From Vulcanimicrobiota bacterium (lineage in GTDB: Bacteria; Vulcanimicrobiota; Vulcanimicrobiia; Vulcanimicrobiales; Vulcanimicrobiaceae), in NCBI GenBank assembly GCA_963714015.1, contig OY970223.1:960001-1024000 (forward strand): a DNA stretch of 64,000 nt, in the 5' to 3' direction. The first letter of the stretch is position 1, and each line of letters starts with the position of its first letter. Position numbers and translations under genes: made by a program. Positions 10,507 through 19,879 of the stretch are shown here, piece after piece. The notes beneath the pieces were generated by a model that saw only the letters and a list, made by a program, of their open reading frames with translations, was not told where the DNA came from and made no database searches.

Positions 10507-10519
10507 GGCGGTTCCAACA

Positions 10520-10717
10520 ATGAACGCTGCAGTCGGGATGCTGCTCGACGAGAGCGGCAGCGCAATGACGGAGTACGCGATCATCTTGACGCTGCTCAGC
10601 GCGGCCGCCACGGCCGCCTTGGTGGCGATTGCAACCAGCGCCAACGGATCGCTCAGCAACGTCTCCTCGAACATGCAAGGGTACCAGCTCGGCTCCTCGG
10701 GGACGGGGCCGCCGTGA
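10520..10717 (+). CDS. Second Flp-family pilin
   Basis: DESG|SAMTEYAIILTLL Flp motif, 65 aa. Confidence 0.88.
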   Translation: MNAAVGMLLDESGSAMTEYAIILTLLSAAATAALVAIATSANGSLSNVSSNMQGYQLGSSGTGPP

Positions 10718-11751
10718 AGCCGCGTATTGCATGCAGCCGCGGCGCAGCAATGGTCGAGACCGCGGTTTCGCTCAGCCTGGCGCTGCTGACGCTGTACGGA
10801 GCATTCGATCTCGGGCTGATGGGCTATCTGCAGCTGCAGCTGGACGGCGCGACGTTTTTCTATACGCACGCCTACGCTTCCGGCGCCGCACAGACGCAGC
10901 AGGCCGGACAATATGGCCAGCAGCTGCAATCACTCTTTCCGAACGTTGCGACCGCAAACATGTCGCCGATGCCGGCTCCGCCGCCGACTACCGACATGCC
11001 GGTCAACTACACGCAATGGGGCACCGTAACGGACCGGTTCGGCGGTGCATCGCTGCTGCGGCCCCAGCGTTTGCAGACGCAGGCTACGTACCAAGTGGCG
11101 GGCGGCACGTGGAGCGCCATTTTTCCGCAGGCCGTCCAGCCGATTACACTCAGCTCGGGCAACGTCGACGCGCGCCCGGTAATCGGCAACCACGACGACG
11201 ACGCCCAGGGTGCCGATTTCAACTCGCAAGAGGTCTACAATTCGCTGTACGATCCGCTGATTACGGACGATCAGAACGTGCCGCCGTACTACTTCAACTT
11301 CGGCTTCATGTGGCAGTGCGCCGCAGGTCCTCCGCCGGGAACCGCGGGTTCGCAGTGGGATACCGCCGGCGATACGTGCGATTCAATGCACATCAACTCA
11401 CTGGGTCTGGCGGAGTTTCTCAAAGACGACAATTACTACGCCGGCAATCGTCCGAACAACGGCATAGACTCCGGCGGGACGTTCGAGCTGATTAAGTATC
11501 ATCAGCAAGTGTATGCATCGCTCTCCCTCGCGCTGTTTTTCTTTCCGGATCAGCCGACCGGACAGCAACTTCAAGACTGGAATTCGGTACCGTTTCCGGA
11601 CGCCGCTCCCTGGGGAATGCCGGGCTACGCGGTGGAGCAGTACTTTCCGAACCAGTGGGATGTGCGAGACATCAACGGTCTCGCCGAAAGCAATAGCGAA
11701 CTCGGGCGCCAGTATCCGTTGACCCCGCAGAACGGGTGCAGCTGGTGCTGA
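10714..11751 (+). CDS. Large TadE-like minor pilin (345 aa)
   Basis: RG|AAMVETAVSLSLALL prepilin motif; GTGA overlap with flp2; ends NGCSWC. Confidence 0.8.
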   Translation: MKPRIACSRGAAMVETAVSLSLALLTLYGAFDLGLMGYLQLQLDGATFFYTHAYASGAAQTQQAGQYGQQLQSLFPNVATANMSPMPAPPPTTDMPVNYTQWGTVTDRFGGASLLRPQRLQTQATYQVAGGTWSAIFPQAVQPITLSSGNVDARPVIGNHDDDAQGADFNSQEVYNSLYDPLITDDQNVPPYYFNFGFMWQCAAGPPPGTAGSQWDTAGDTCDSMHINSLGLAEFLKDDNYYAGNRPNNGIDSGGTFELIKYHQQVYASLSLALFFFPDQPTGQQLQDWNSVPFPDAAPWGMPGYAVEQYFPNQWDVRDINGLAESNSELGRQYPLTPQNGCSWC

Positions 11752-12809
11752 GCAACGCGCAGCGCGGGCAGACGTTTCCCGTTTGGGCGATGGGCTCGCT
11801 TTCGCTGCTGGTATTGGTGGCATGCGTCGTCAACTACGGAAACATGCTGGTGTGGCAGTTTCGCGCGCAGAATGCGGCCGACGCCGCAGCTCGCGGCATG
11901 CTTTCGGCTCAGACATCGCAGTGGAACCAGACGATGTCGCTGCTGCACGCTGCAGCGGTCGAGGAATATCGCATCCGCTATATTCTGCGCGACCTGGACG
12001 AGGTCGCTAACAACGAGGGCGGCTGCGTTCCGCATCCTCCCACCTCCAACGATCCGAAAGAGCTGCCCGGGGATGTATCATCGGCTGCGCGCCCAGTTCA
12101 TGGACGCGGTAAAGCATTATACGACGGATGCGCAACTCTTGAATGACGTTGCGACCCCCGGCCAGGCGACGCAGGTTAGCGACATGCAAGCGGCTCTGGC
12201 GCAATTGCAGCAACCCGGCGTCTGCGGAACGATCAACGGTGCGGATTGCGCCTTCAAGTACACCATGGTGGGAACGCAGGATCGAACGTCGCTCGAAGAC
12301 GTCTACGCCGATTGCTGCTCGATGGTCGTCGGCGGCGGAACGGTGGGCGATCCCAAACCCGACCTCACGCCGCTTCAAGCCGAGGTCGTCGCGTGCGCCA
12401 AGGTCCCCAGCTCTGTTTCCGAACTTCTTTCAACTTCCACGCGCCGACGTTTTATGCCGTCGGCCGCGCCGCGGCGACCAGCATCATGGCCGATCAGGAA
12501 TTCATGTACTTGGGATCCATGGTGAACCCGACGACGAATCAAGTTTTTCAGCCGGCGGAATATCCCGAGTCGGACGACGGCCAGCCCAAAGATGCATCGA
12601 GCAACGATCGATATTACCGCATCGACTTTGGCGGCAACCCGAACAACCCATGGAACGCCGGCAATCCGGCTGTTTCCAACGGCATCGCGACCTTCGTGTA
12701 CGACCCGGCTAACGCGGGCCTGCTGGCGGCGACCGGCTGGTGGAGCGCGATGCCGATCGCGACCTTCATGAACCAGCTGCAGATTGGAGTGCAATTCCAG
12801 TGCAACTGA
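11745..12809 (+). CDS. TadG-like minor pilin (2 apparent frameshifts)
   Basis: RG|QTFPVWAMG..VVNYG..AQNAADAAARG (TadG N-terminal motif). Continues in ORFs 11872..12525 and 12246..12809; ends VQFQCN. Confidence 0.8.
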
Positions 12810-13486
12810 CGACGCGACACGGACAACGCGGGCAGGCGCTCACGGAAACGGCGGCGTTTCTGCCGCTGTTCTTGCTGCTGCTCTTCGGAATGATGTGGGT
12901 CATCCAGGTGAGCGTGCTGAACGAGCGCGCACAGGTTGCGGTCCGCTACAGCGGTCTGATCTCTAATGAAGCGAGTCCGTACGACGGCTACAGCTTGTAC
13001 GCTATCTACAATAACGTCGGCGGATACAGCCAGAGCGCGACGGTCGTCTGCGCCACGCCGCCGCCCGACGCGTTTACCAACGATCCCTCGCACGGCGCAT
13101 TTCCCGGGCCTACGTCGCAGCCGTTTTGGCAGCCGGATGCCAACCGAACGACCGGATCGTGTTCCGAGGGGCGTCTGCAGTTACAGGGCAACGCGCTGAA
13201 CGTTCCGATGTTGCTCCTCAATACGTTTTCCACCGTCACCACACACAAGAAAGTTACCTTAAGTCTGCCGGGCGCGATCCAAGGACTGCAAAACAACACT
13301 CTCAGCGCCACGCAAAACTTCTTCAATACGCCGGACATAGCGTCGCTGATTCAGTGCTATCCGCAACTGCAAAGCGCGGTTTCAAATTCGCTGGTCGCCG
13401 AGACGAGTGCTTCGGGAATTACGCTCCCTACGCTGCCGCTCGGAGCGACGACGCAAGTTACGAACCTCGGGCTGACTGCCTGCTGA
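12800..13486 (+). CDS. TadE-like minor pilin
   Basis: RG|QALTETAAFLPLFLLLLFGMM..AVRY motif; ends LGLTAC. Confidence 0.85.
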   Translation: MQLTTRHGQRGQALTETAAFLPLFLLLLFGMMWVIQVSVLNERAQVAVRYSGLISNEASPYDGYSLYAIYNNVGGYSQSATVVCATPPPDAFTNDPSHGAFPGPTSQPFWQPDANRTTGSCSEGRLQLQGNALNVPMLLLNTFSTVTTHKKVTLSLPGAIQGLQNNTLSATQNFFNTPDIASLIQCYPQLQSAVSNSLVAETSASGITLPTLPLGATTQVTNLGLTAC

Positions 13487-14882
13487 TCGAGGCCGGTTCG
13501 GGCCGCCGGATTGCGGCGGTCAGTACGGTAATGAGACCGGTCCACGTCAGCGCTCGAACCAGCCAAACGCAAGCGGCGCCCGTCGAGGATCTCTCGCGAA
13601 TCGCCTTTGCCCACGTTGCCTCGGAATATGCCGGATCGATCGCTGTACTCACTCGATGAGGAAGGTGCGCGTAAGCCCGAACCGCTTCGCCGTAAACATG
13701 ACTCACTTCGAACAAGGCTGCAAATGCGAGTACCGTTCCGCCTACGGCTAGCGCGCTGTTCTGCGTGAAGTAATAAATCACGTATCCCGCGCTCAGCGCG
13801 CAAAGCGCGAACCACGGAACCAAGCCGGTTGTGGGCTCGAGCGCCGCCCCCCAGTAGGTTAACAGCAACGCGAAAGCGATGGTGAGCGGCGTTTTCTGGC
13901 TCTGCGCGTGCGTCACTACCAGCAGCGCCAAGGGGATCGCCGCGACAATGTCCGTGCCGTGGACGAAGGTCCCGCCCAGCACCGCACCGGCGGCTGGGAG
14001 CGCAGCGAGCAGCGCGTCGTTGCCCAAACGAAGTGCCCCCGCCCGCGCTGCAGCAATGGCGATAGCCGAAACCACGAAATAGGAGATCGAGCCACCGATC
14101 AGTGCAATCTTGTCGGAGGTGCCGAGCCCGTGCAACAGCGCCGTGAAACTGAGCTGGCCATCCGCGGGAAGCTCGCTCAGAGCGTGAAGCGGAAGCACGT
14201 GGGAAAAATACTCGACGTTTTCCGCCGTGCCGCCGAACGCAAGTGAAAGCGCCGCGAGTGCGGCAGCGGTTAGACCCAGAACGAGACGCGTTCGCGGCGC
14301 CCATAAAAAGAGCGAGACGCAGATCGGCAGACCAAGATGCGGCTCTACAAGCGAGACCGCGGCGGCAATCGCCGCAAGCTCGTATCGTCGTTCGGCAACG
14401 AACAAAATTGCGCCGGACGCGGCAACGGCGTAGAGCGGTATGATTTGACCCAGCGCAAGCGACGGCCCGATGAAGGTCGGCAGCATCGCGCACAGCACGA
14501 CCGCCGGCGGAAGAGCAGTCAAACGTATGAGCGCGGCGCACGTTCCCGCGACGGCCAACGCCAATAAAGCGCCCCAGCATTGTTTAGCGAGATGAAACGG
14601 CGCCGCGGAGAACGCCGCGAAGAGCGCAAAATCGTACGGCGGCTGCGGCGCGGGCAGGGTAATCGAACGGTCGTAGAAGGCGAAGTTACGATCCGTTTGA
14701 CCCACTTCGCAATCGTGCAGGGGCTGTGCCCGGTACGGGTCGCTATGAATGCGCGTCAACATTCCCGCGCAGTAAAAGGCGCGAAAATCGACGGTGGCGA
14801 TTCGGCCGCTGCCGAAGATTGCAAAGCCGCCGGCGGTGCAACAGAGGGCAACAATCGTTGCAAGAGCTAGCCGCTTTTTCAT
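13458..14882 (-). CDS. GT-C membrane glycosyltransferase, GT87-like
   Basis: DFRAFYCAG..DPY, PAPQPPY, LGQ, EPHLGLP motifs and ~11 TM helices. Confidence 0.7.
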   Translation of the reverse strand: MKKRLALATIVALCCTAGGFAIFGSGRIATVDFRAFYCAGMLTRIHSDPYRAQPLHDCEVGQTDRNFAFYDRSITLPAPQPPYDFALFAAFSAAPFHLAKQCWGALLALAVAGTCAALIRLTALPPAVVLCAMLPTFIGPSLALGQIIPLYAVAASGAILFVAERRYELAAIAAAVSLVEPHLGLPICVSLFLWAPRTRLVLGLTAAALAALSLAFGGTAENVEYFSHVLPLHALSELPADGQLSFTALLHGLGTSDKIALIGGSISYFVVSAIAIAAARAGALRLGNDALLAALPAAGAVLGGTFVHGTDIVAAIPLALLVVTHAQSQKTPLTIAFALLLTYWGAALEPTTGLVPWFALCALSAGYVIYYFTQNSALAVGGTVLAFAALFEVSHVYGEAVRAYAHLPHRVSTAIDPAYSEATWAKAIRERSSTGAACVWLVRALTWTGLITVLTAAIRRPEPASISRQSARGS

Positions 14883-16172
14883 TCAGCGCGGATGAATCAC
14901 GAGGGGGACGACCATGAGCTGTCCCGCCTTGCCGCTTGTCGCGTTGACCGCGATCAAGAACGTCGTCGCGCGCTTGACGCCGGGTGCGATGAATCGCGCG
15001 GCTTTGCCTGGTCCGAGCTGCTGCGACTGCAGCGGCGTTCCGGCTGCGTTCTGCAGCGTTGCTCGGCCTGAAACATCCTTTGCGCCGCGCAGGGTCACGG
15101 CAAAATAGGTTCCGGAGACGACATAGCTCGGCGTAGTCACGATGCTCCCGAGCGCAGGCGGCGGAGCGGACGTCGGTGCTGCGGACGGCGAGGGCGTCGG
15201 TGATGGAAGGACGACGAGGCCGGTCGTCGCCTGAGCGGTAGACGCACCGTTGCGAATTTGCATTTGAATGGTAAAGTGCTGCGGAGCGTCGACGTGCGGC
15301 GCGACCATCGTTACCGAGCCGCGCGGATCGTACGGAGCTGCATTCCACGGCGTCCCGCTGTTGTCGAGCAGGCGTATCGTTCCGCTTTGCCCGTTGGCGC
15401 TGTATCGAACCTTCATCGGTGTTCCCGAAGTCGCAACCGCGGGCTGCACGTCGAGTTCGTGAATTGCTGCGGACAGCGGCCGCGGCGGCGGAGTTTGCGC
15501 CACTACGATGCGTTTCGCGATTGCGGCGCCCGCGACGCCTGCAACGGAAACCTCGATGGTATACGTTCCGCCTGCGGGACTGGTGGCGAAGCGTATCGTT
15601 CCGGCGGGCCGCGTCAGCGTTCCGGAGGACACGATCGCCGATCCGGAACGTACCGAATACTGTACCGTTCGAGATCCGGCCGTTGCGTACTCCGCCTCCA
15701 CCAAATCGCCGGCGATCACTCGGGACGGTGCGGTAAGCGCTTCAATTTTTGGAAAGAGCACGCCGCTGAAAATCAGCGCGGCGAGCGCGAGAACGACGCA
15801 AACCGCGAACAACGGCAAAAGCCGAAGCGCAATCGGCGTTTGAACGGACGTCTCGCTCAAGTATTCGCGCGCCGCGTCCCTCATACGAACGACGACCGAT
15901 TGAATGCCCGGTATGCGCATGCCGACGCGGACGTGGAGGGTGCCGGTGGTATGCGGGTCGATCCAGACGTATCCCGGCTCGAGTTGAATCTCGCGCCCCG
16001 CGCTCCGGCCGCGAATATCGCAGATCAGCGGTGACGGGCTGCCGTTCACCACGTCGACGTCGACGTCGCTGCTGAAGAACCGCGCGCGTTGAGCTCGCGC
16101 GGTAACGGTGACTGCGACGGTATCGGGCAGTTTTGGACCGGATACGGCGGGGAGCCGGGAGCCTTCCTTCAC
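14883..16172 (-). CDS. Bitopic membrane protein with Ig-like domains, paralog of 274..1620
   Basis: Single TM (LLPLFAVCVVLALAALIF). PKIEALTAPSRVIAG vs PRLALLAAPRRTFAG; VRYSANGQSGTIRLLDNSGTPW vs VNYITNARDGEVWLIDDTGTLW. Confidence 0.75.
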   Translation of the reverse strand: MKEGSRLPAVSGPKLPDTVAVTVTARAQRARFFSSDVDVDVVNGSPSPLICDIRGRSAGREIQLEPGYVWIDPHTTGTLHVRVGMRIPGIQSVVVRMRDAAREYLSETSVQTPIALRLLPLFAVCVVLALAALIFSGVLFPKIEALTAPSRVIAGDLVEAEYATAGSRTVQYSVRSGSAIVSSGTLTRPAGTIRFATSPAGGTYTIEVSVAGVAGAAIAKRIVVAQTPPPRPLSAAIHELDVQPAVATSGTPMKVRYSANGQSGTIRLLDNSGTPWNAAPYDPRGSVTMVAPHVDAPQHFTIQMQIRNGASTAQATTGLVVLPSPTPSPSAAPTSAPPPALGSIVTTPSYVVSGTYFAVTLRGAKDVSGRATLQNAAGTPLQSQQLGPGKAARFIAPGVKRATTFLIAVNATSGKAGQLMVVPLVIHPR

Positions 16173-16193
16173 GCTAGTGTCGACTCACGACAC

Positions 16194-17408
16194 TTAGCTG
16201 CGGAGCAGACGGAGAATCTGCGAGAATCGCGGCGGACGGCCGTAGAGCAGCATACCGAGCCGATAGATCTTGCCGCCGATCACCGCAATTGCCCAAATCG
16301 CCGCGGCATTGATCGCAAACGAAAGTGCCACTTGCCAAAGCGGTACGCTGCTCACCACGATTCGCGCGAACATGACGAAAGGAGCGATGAGCGGGATGAA
16401 GCTCGTAACGATCACGCCGGGGCTGTCCGGGACCTCCAATGCCGAAATTGCGATGAAAAGTGCGGCTACGACCGGAATGAACAACGGCCCGCTGACGCTA
16501 CCCAAATCCTCGGTGCGGTTGATGAGCGATCCCATCGCAGCAAACAGCGTGGCCATCTGCAAGAAGCCGAGCATGAAGAACAACACGAAGCCCGCAATGT
16601 CCGACGGCGAGATTCCGTTGAGCGAGAACGTCACGTCACCGCCCGAGTGCGATGAAACGGGGGTGGCCTGGAGCCCAATCGCATAGGCGGCCGCGACCCA
16701 AACGAACATTTGCAGCACGGCCAAACTAGCCGAGGCCGCAATCTTCCCCGTAAGCAGAGAGCTCGGGCGAACGGACGCTACGAGAAGCTCCGCGATGCGG
16801 CTCGTTTTCTCTTCTGCGACGGAGCTCATAATCAACTGGCTGTTGATCATAATCAGCAGGTACAGCATGATGAGCAAGACGTACGCGATGATCTTCGCCG
16901 CGTTTGCTTGCTCCGCGGTGCCGAACTTTTCCGAGACGGACCGGACGTCGACCGGAATGCGCATCAAGCTTTGCACCCGGGAACCCGACAGATGCGTCTC
17001 CATCTGCAAATTCAAGGGCAAAAGGTCGCGCTGAACCGTCGACGGTTGAGCGTCGCTCGGATCGATCGCATAGACTGTAACTCGCAACCCGTCGCGATCT
17101 CGGTCGAGCTCGATCATCGAAGAAGCGTGTCGCGCGCGCAGCTCGTCGGCGGTTGGGGGACGCGCGACCGGCCCAATCTGACCCGCGCTCGGAAAGTCTT
17201 TTTTCAGCAACGGCTTCGCTCGTGCGACCAACGCGGGCTGCCCCGCCAGCAAGACACGATTGATCTTCGATGCGTAGGAATCCAAATACGAAGGCAGCTT
17301 CATCATCACGGCAATGCCGACGAGTCCGAAGATCAATCCAACCCAAAACGTGCGCGACTGCAGCCGCCGCATCATCTCGGCGCTATAGACGGTAACTAAC
17401 TCGTCCAT
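16194..17408 (-). CDS. ABC-2 type transporter permease (NatB/YhaP-like)
   Basis: SVAEEKTSRIAELLVASVRP..LLTGKI, SFIPLIAPFVMFARI, KIYRLGMLLYG. Start MDELVTVY. Confidence 0.85.
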   Translation of the reverse strand: MDELVTVYSAEMMRRLQSRTFWVGLIFGLVGIAVMMKLPSYLDSYASKINRVLLAGQPALVARAKPLLKKDFPSAGQIGPVARPPTADELRARHASSMIELDRDRDGLRVTVYAIDPSDAQPSTVQRDLLPLNLQMETHLSGSRVQSLMRIPVDVRSVSEKFGTAEQANAAKIIAYVLLIMLYLLIMINSQLIMSSVAEEKTSRIAELLVASVRPSSLLTGKIAASASLAVLQMFVWVAAAYAIGLQATPVSSHSGGDVTFSLNGISPSDIAGFVLFFMLGFLQMATLFAAMGSLINRTEDLGSVSGPLFIPVVAALFIAISALEVPDSPGVIVTSFIPLIAPFVMFARIVVSSVPLWQVALSFAINAAAIWAIAVIGGKIYRLGMLLYGRPPRFSQILRLLRS

Positions 17409-17433
17409 GTTGACCGCGCGACGGTGAGCAGCA

Positions 17434-18393
17434 TCATCGCGCCCGTAGGGGTGATTGTGTAATGGAACCGCCCTCCGGGGGCGCGGGGGCATTTCGTTCG
17501 GCGGACGAAATCGTATGCATGTAAATCTCTTGGAGCGAGGGCTCCATCGCATCGAAGCGCGTGATCGCTTCGCTTTGAACGAGCTCGCGAAGCAGCTCGG
17601 GGAGATCGGTCGAGGCGGGTACCTCGCAATACATGGCGCCGTTTTCACTGGAGATTTGGCGCGAATTCGGGATGCGCTCGAGGACGCCGCGCACCGTAGG
17701 CGTGGGCGGTTCGACTTTGATGAGGCGCGTCGGCCACGTCGCGCGCAGTTCGGCAAGCGTTCCGCCGGCGCGGTTTTCCCCGGCGGTAATGATGCAGAAG
17801 TGATCGCAAATTTGCTCGAGCTGCCACATCTGATGGCTCGAGAGCACCAAACTCGTGCCGCGACGCCTCAGGTCGTTCAGCGTATTCAGCAAGACGTCGG
17901 CGTTGACCGGATCTAAACCGGTGAAGGGCTCGTCGAGAACGAGTAATTCCGGCTCGTGTACTGCGGCGCTCGCGACCTGAACCTTTTGCTGATTACCCTT
18001 GGAGAGCTCGGCACACGGACGGCCGGCATACTGCTGCAGCGAAAGTCGTTCGATCCAGCGATCGGTCCGCGATCGCGCCTCGGCGTCGCTCAGGCCGTGC
18101 AGCCGCCCGAAATAGACGATCTGATCGCGCACTTTCATGCGGCCGTACAGTCCGCGTTCTTCCGGAAGGTAGCCGAAGCGGCGGCGGACGCGATCGTTGA
18201 TTGCGCTGCCGTTCCACGTCACCTTGCCGCCGTCGGGCGTAAAAATCCCGACGATCATGCGCATGGTAGTCGTTTTTCCGGCGCCGTTGGGCCCGAGCAG
18301 ACCGAACGTCGAACCGGAAGCGATGGTGAACGATACGTCGCGGACGGCGACGACGGAGCCGAATTCTTTGCGAAGGTTGCCGGCCTCAAGCAC
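17434..18393 (-). CDS. ABC transporter ATP-binding protein
   Basis: GPNGAGKTT, LSKGNQQ, LVLDEPFTGLDP, SSH, EPSLQEIY. Confidence 0.92.
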   Translation of the reverse strand: MLEAGNLRKEFGSVVAVRDVSFTIASGSTFGLLGPNGAGKTTTMRMIVGIFTPDGGKVTWNGSAINDRVRRRFGYLPEERGLYGRMKVRDQIVYFGRLHGLSDAEARSRTDRWIERLSLQQYAGRPCAELSKGNQQKVQVASAAVHEPELLVLDEPFTGLDPVNADVLLNTLNDLRRRGTSLVLSSHQMWQLEQICDHFCIITAGENRAGGTLAELRATWPTRLIKVEPPTPTVRGVLERIPNSRQISSENGAMYCEVPASTDLPELLRELVQSEAITRFDAMEPSLQEIYMHTISSAERNAPAPPEGGSITQSPLRAR

Positions 18394-18414
18394 GGCGCAG
18401 GGCCCTAACCCGGA

Positions 18415-19815
18415 TCAGGCCCACAGACTCGCCATCCATGCCTGCACTTCTTCCGGCTCCGACGGAAGGATCGACGAAAGGTTTTCGCAGCCTTCGGCCG
18501 TCACGGTCACGTCGTCTTCGATACGAACGCCGATGCCGCGGAAATTCTCCGGCACGGTCGCGTCGTCGGGCTGGAAGTACAGACCCGGTTCGACCGTCAA
18601 AACCATCCCCTGCCGGAGTTTTCCATAGCGGTAGTTTTCGGATCGCGCCTTCGCGCAGTCGTGCACGTCGATGCCGAGCATATGACTGACGTTGTGCAGC
18701 GTGTAGCGCTTGTAGAACTGATTCTGCGGGTCGAGCGCCTCGTCGACCGAGCACTTTAGAATCTTCAAGTCGACAAGCCCTTGCGCCAACACGCGCATTG
18801 CCGCCGTGTTGGGCGCGAGGAAGTCGTTCCCGGGCCGAACCTCGTCGAATCCGGCGCGCTGCGCTTCGTATACGAGGCGGTAGACTTCACGCTGCTCCGG
18901 CGTGAACGTGCCCGAAAGCGGCAGCGTTCGCGTGATGTCCGCAGTATACAGCGAGTCGGCTTCGACACCGGCGTCCAGCAACAGCAGATCGCCTTTGCGC
19001 AAGGTACCGTAATTCTGATTCCAATGCAGCGTGCAGGCGTGTTCTCCAGCGGCGGCGATGGTGAGATACCCTACGTCGTTCGCCTCGATGCGCGCGCGGC
19101 TCCAGAAGGCGGCTTCCACCTCACGCTCCGATTTGGCGGACTTGAGAACGCGGATGACGTCTTCGAATCCACGCTTGGTGATCTCGACGCATTTGCGCAA
19201 CTCGCCGATCTCGTAGTCGTCTTTGATTAGACGCATCTCCGAGAGGAATTGTCCGAGCTGCGGATCTTCTTCGGAGTTGCGAAGGTCGGCGCCGCGCAGA
19301 CGCAGCTCGTCGACATATTGCGCCATAGCGTCGATCGGGCGGCAGCGATCGACGCCGAAGTAAAGTTGACTCTCGTCCACGCCGCGATGGCGTCCCACCC
19401 ACAACTCGCCGCGCACGCGATCGGTGAAGAACTCCGCTTGGCCGCGGTTGTGCGGCGGAACGAACAAAACCGCGTCGTGACCGCCGCCGGCGCGCGGTTC
19501 CATCAAGAGCAATCCGCTTGGTTCGCCGGGCCCGGCCAAGTACGCGAAATCCGTCGAAGGACGAAAACGAAAATTCGTGTCGTTGGCGCGCACTTTCTCC
19601 GTTCCCGCGGGTATCAGCAGATGCACGCCGGGATAAGCGCTCGATAAGGCGGCTCGCCTCGCGCGGAAACGTTCCTGGTGCGCAAGCGCGCCGACTTTGA
19701 TCGGCGACTCCACCCAACCGCTGGACATAAAGTCGATCAGCGCTTGAGGAGCGTCTGCGTCGTGGCTGGCTTTGGCCGGTGTGCTTTCGGAGAGTTGAGG
19801 CTCGCGCGTATCCAT
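18415..19815 (-). CDS. pepP: Xaa-Pro aminopeptidase (M24B)
   Basis: FRPSTDFAYL, LLLDAGVE..YTADITRT, HNVSHMLGIDVHD, TVEPGLYF, GIGVRIEDD. Confidence 0.9.
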   Translation of the reverse strand: MDTREPQLSESTPAKASHDADAPQALIDFMSSGWVESPIKVGALAHQERFRARRAALSSAYPGVHLLIPAGTEKVRANDTNFRFRPSTDFAYLAGPGEPSGLLLMEPRAGGGHDAVLFVPPHNRGQAEFFTDRVRGELWVGRHRGVDESQLYFGVDRCRPIDAMAQYVDELRLRGADLRNSEEDPQLGQFLSEMRLIKDDYEIGELRKCVEITKRGFEDVIRVLKSAKSEREVEAAFWSRARIEANDVGYLTIAAAGEHACTLHWNQNYGTLRKGDLLLLDAGVEADSLYTADITRTLPLSGTFTPEQREVYRLVYEAQRAGFDEVRPGNDFLAPNTAAMRVLAQGLVDLKILKCSVDEALDPQNQFYKRYTLHNVSHMLGIDVHDCAKARSENYRYGKLRQGMVLTVEPGLYFQPDDATVPENFRGIGVRIEDDVTVTAEGCENLSSILPSEPEEVQAWMASLWA

Positions 19816-19879
19816 GTCCCCCTCTTCGCGCCCGTGCCCCCGTCATCCTGAGCCGGGCCTCCAAGCATTGAAACGAGGC

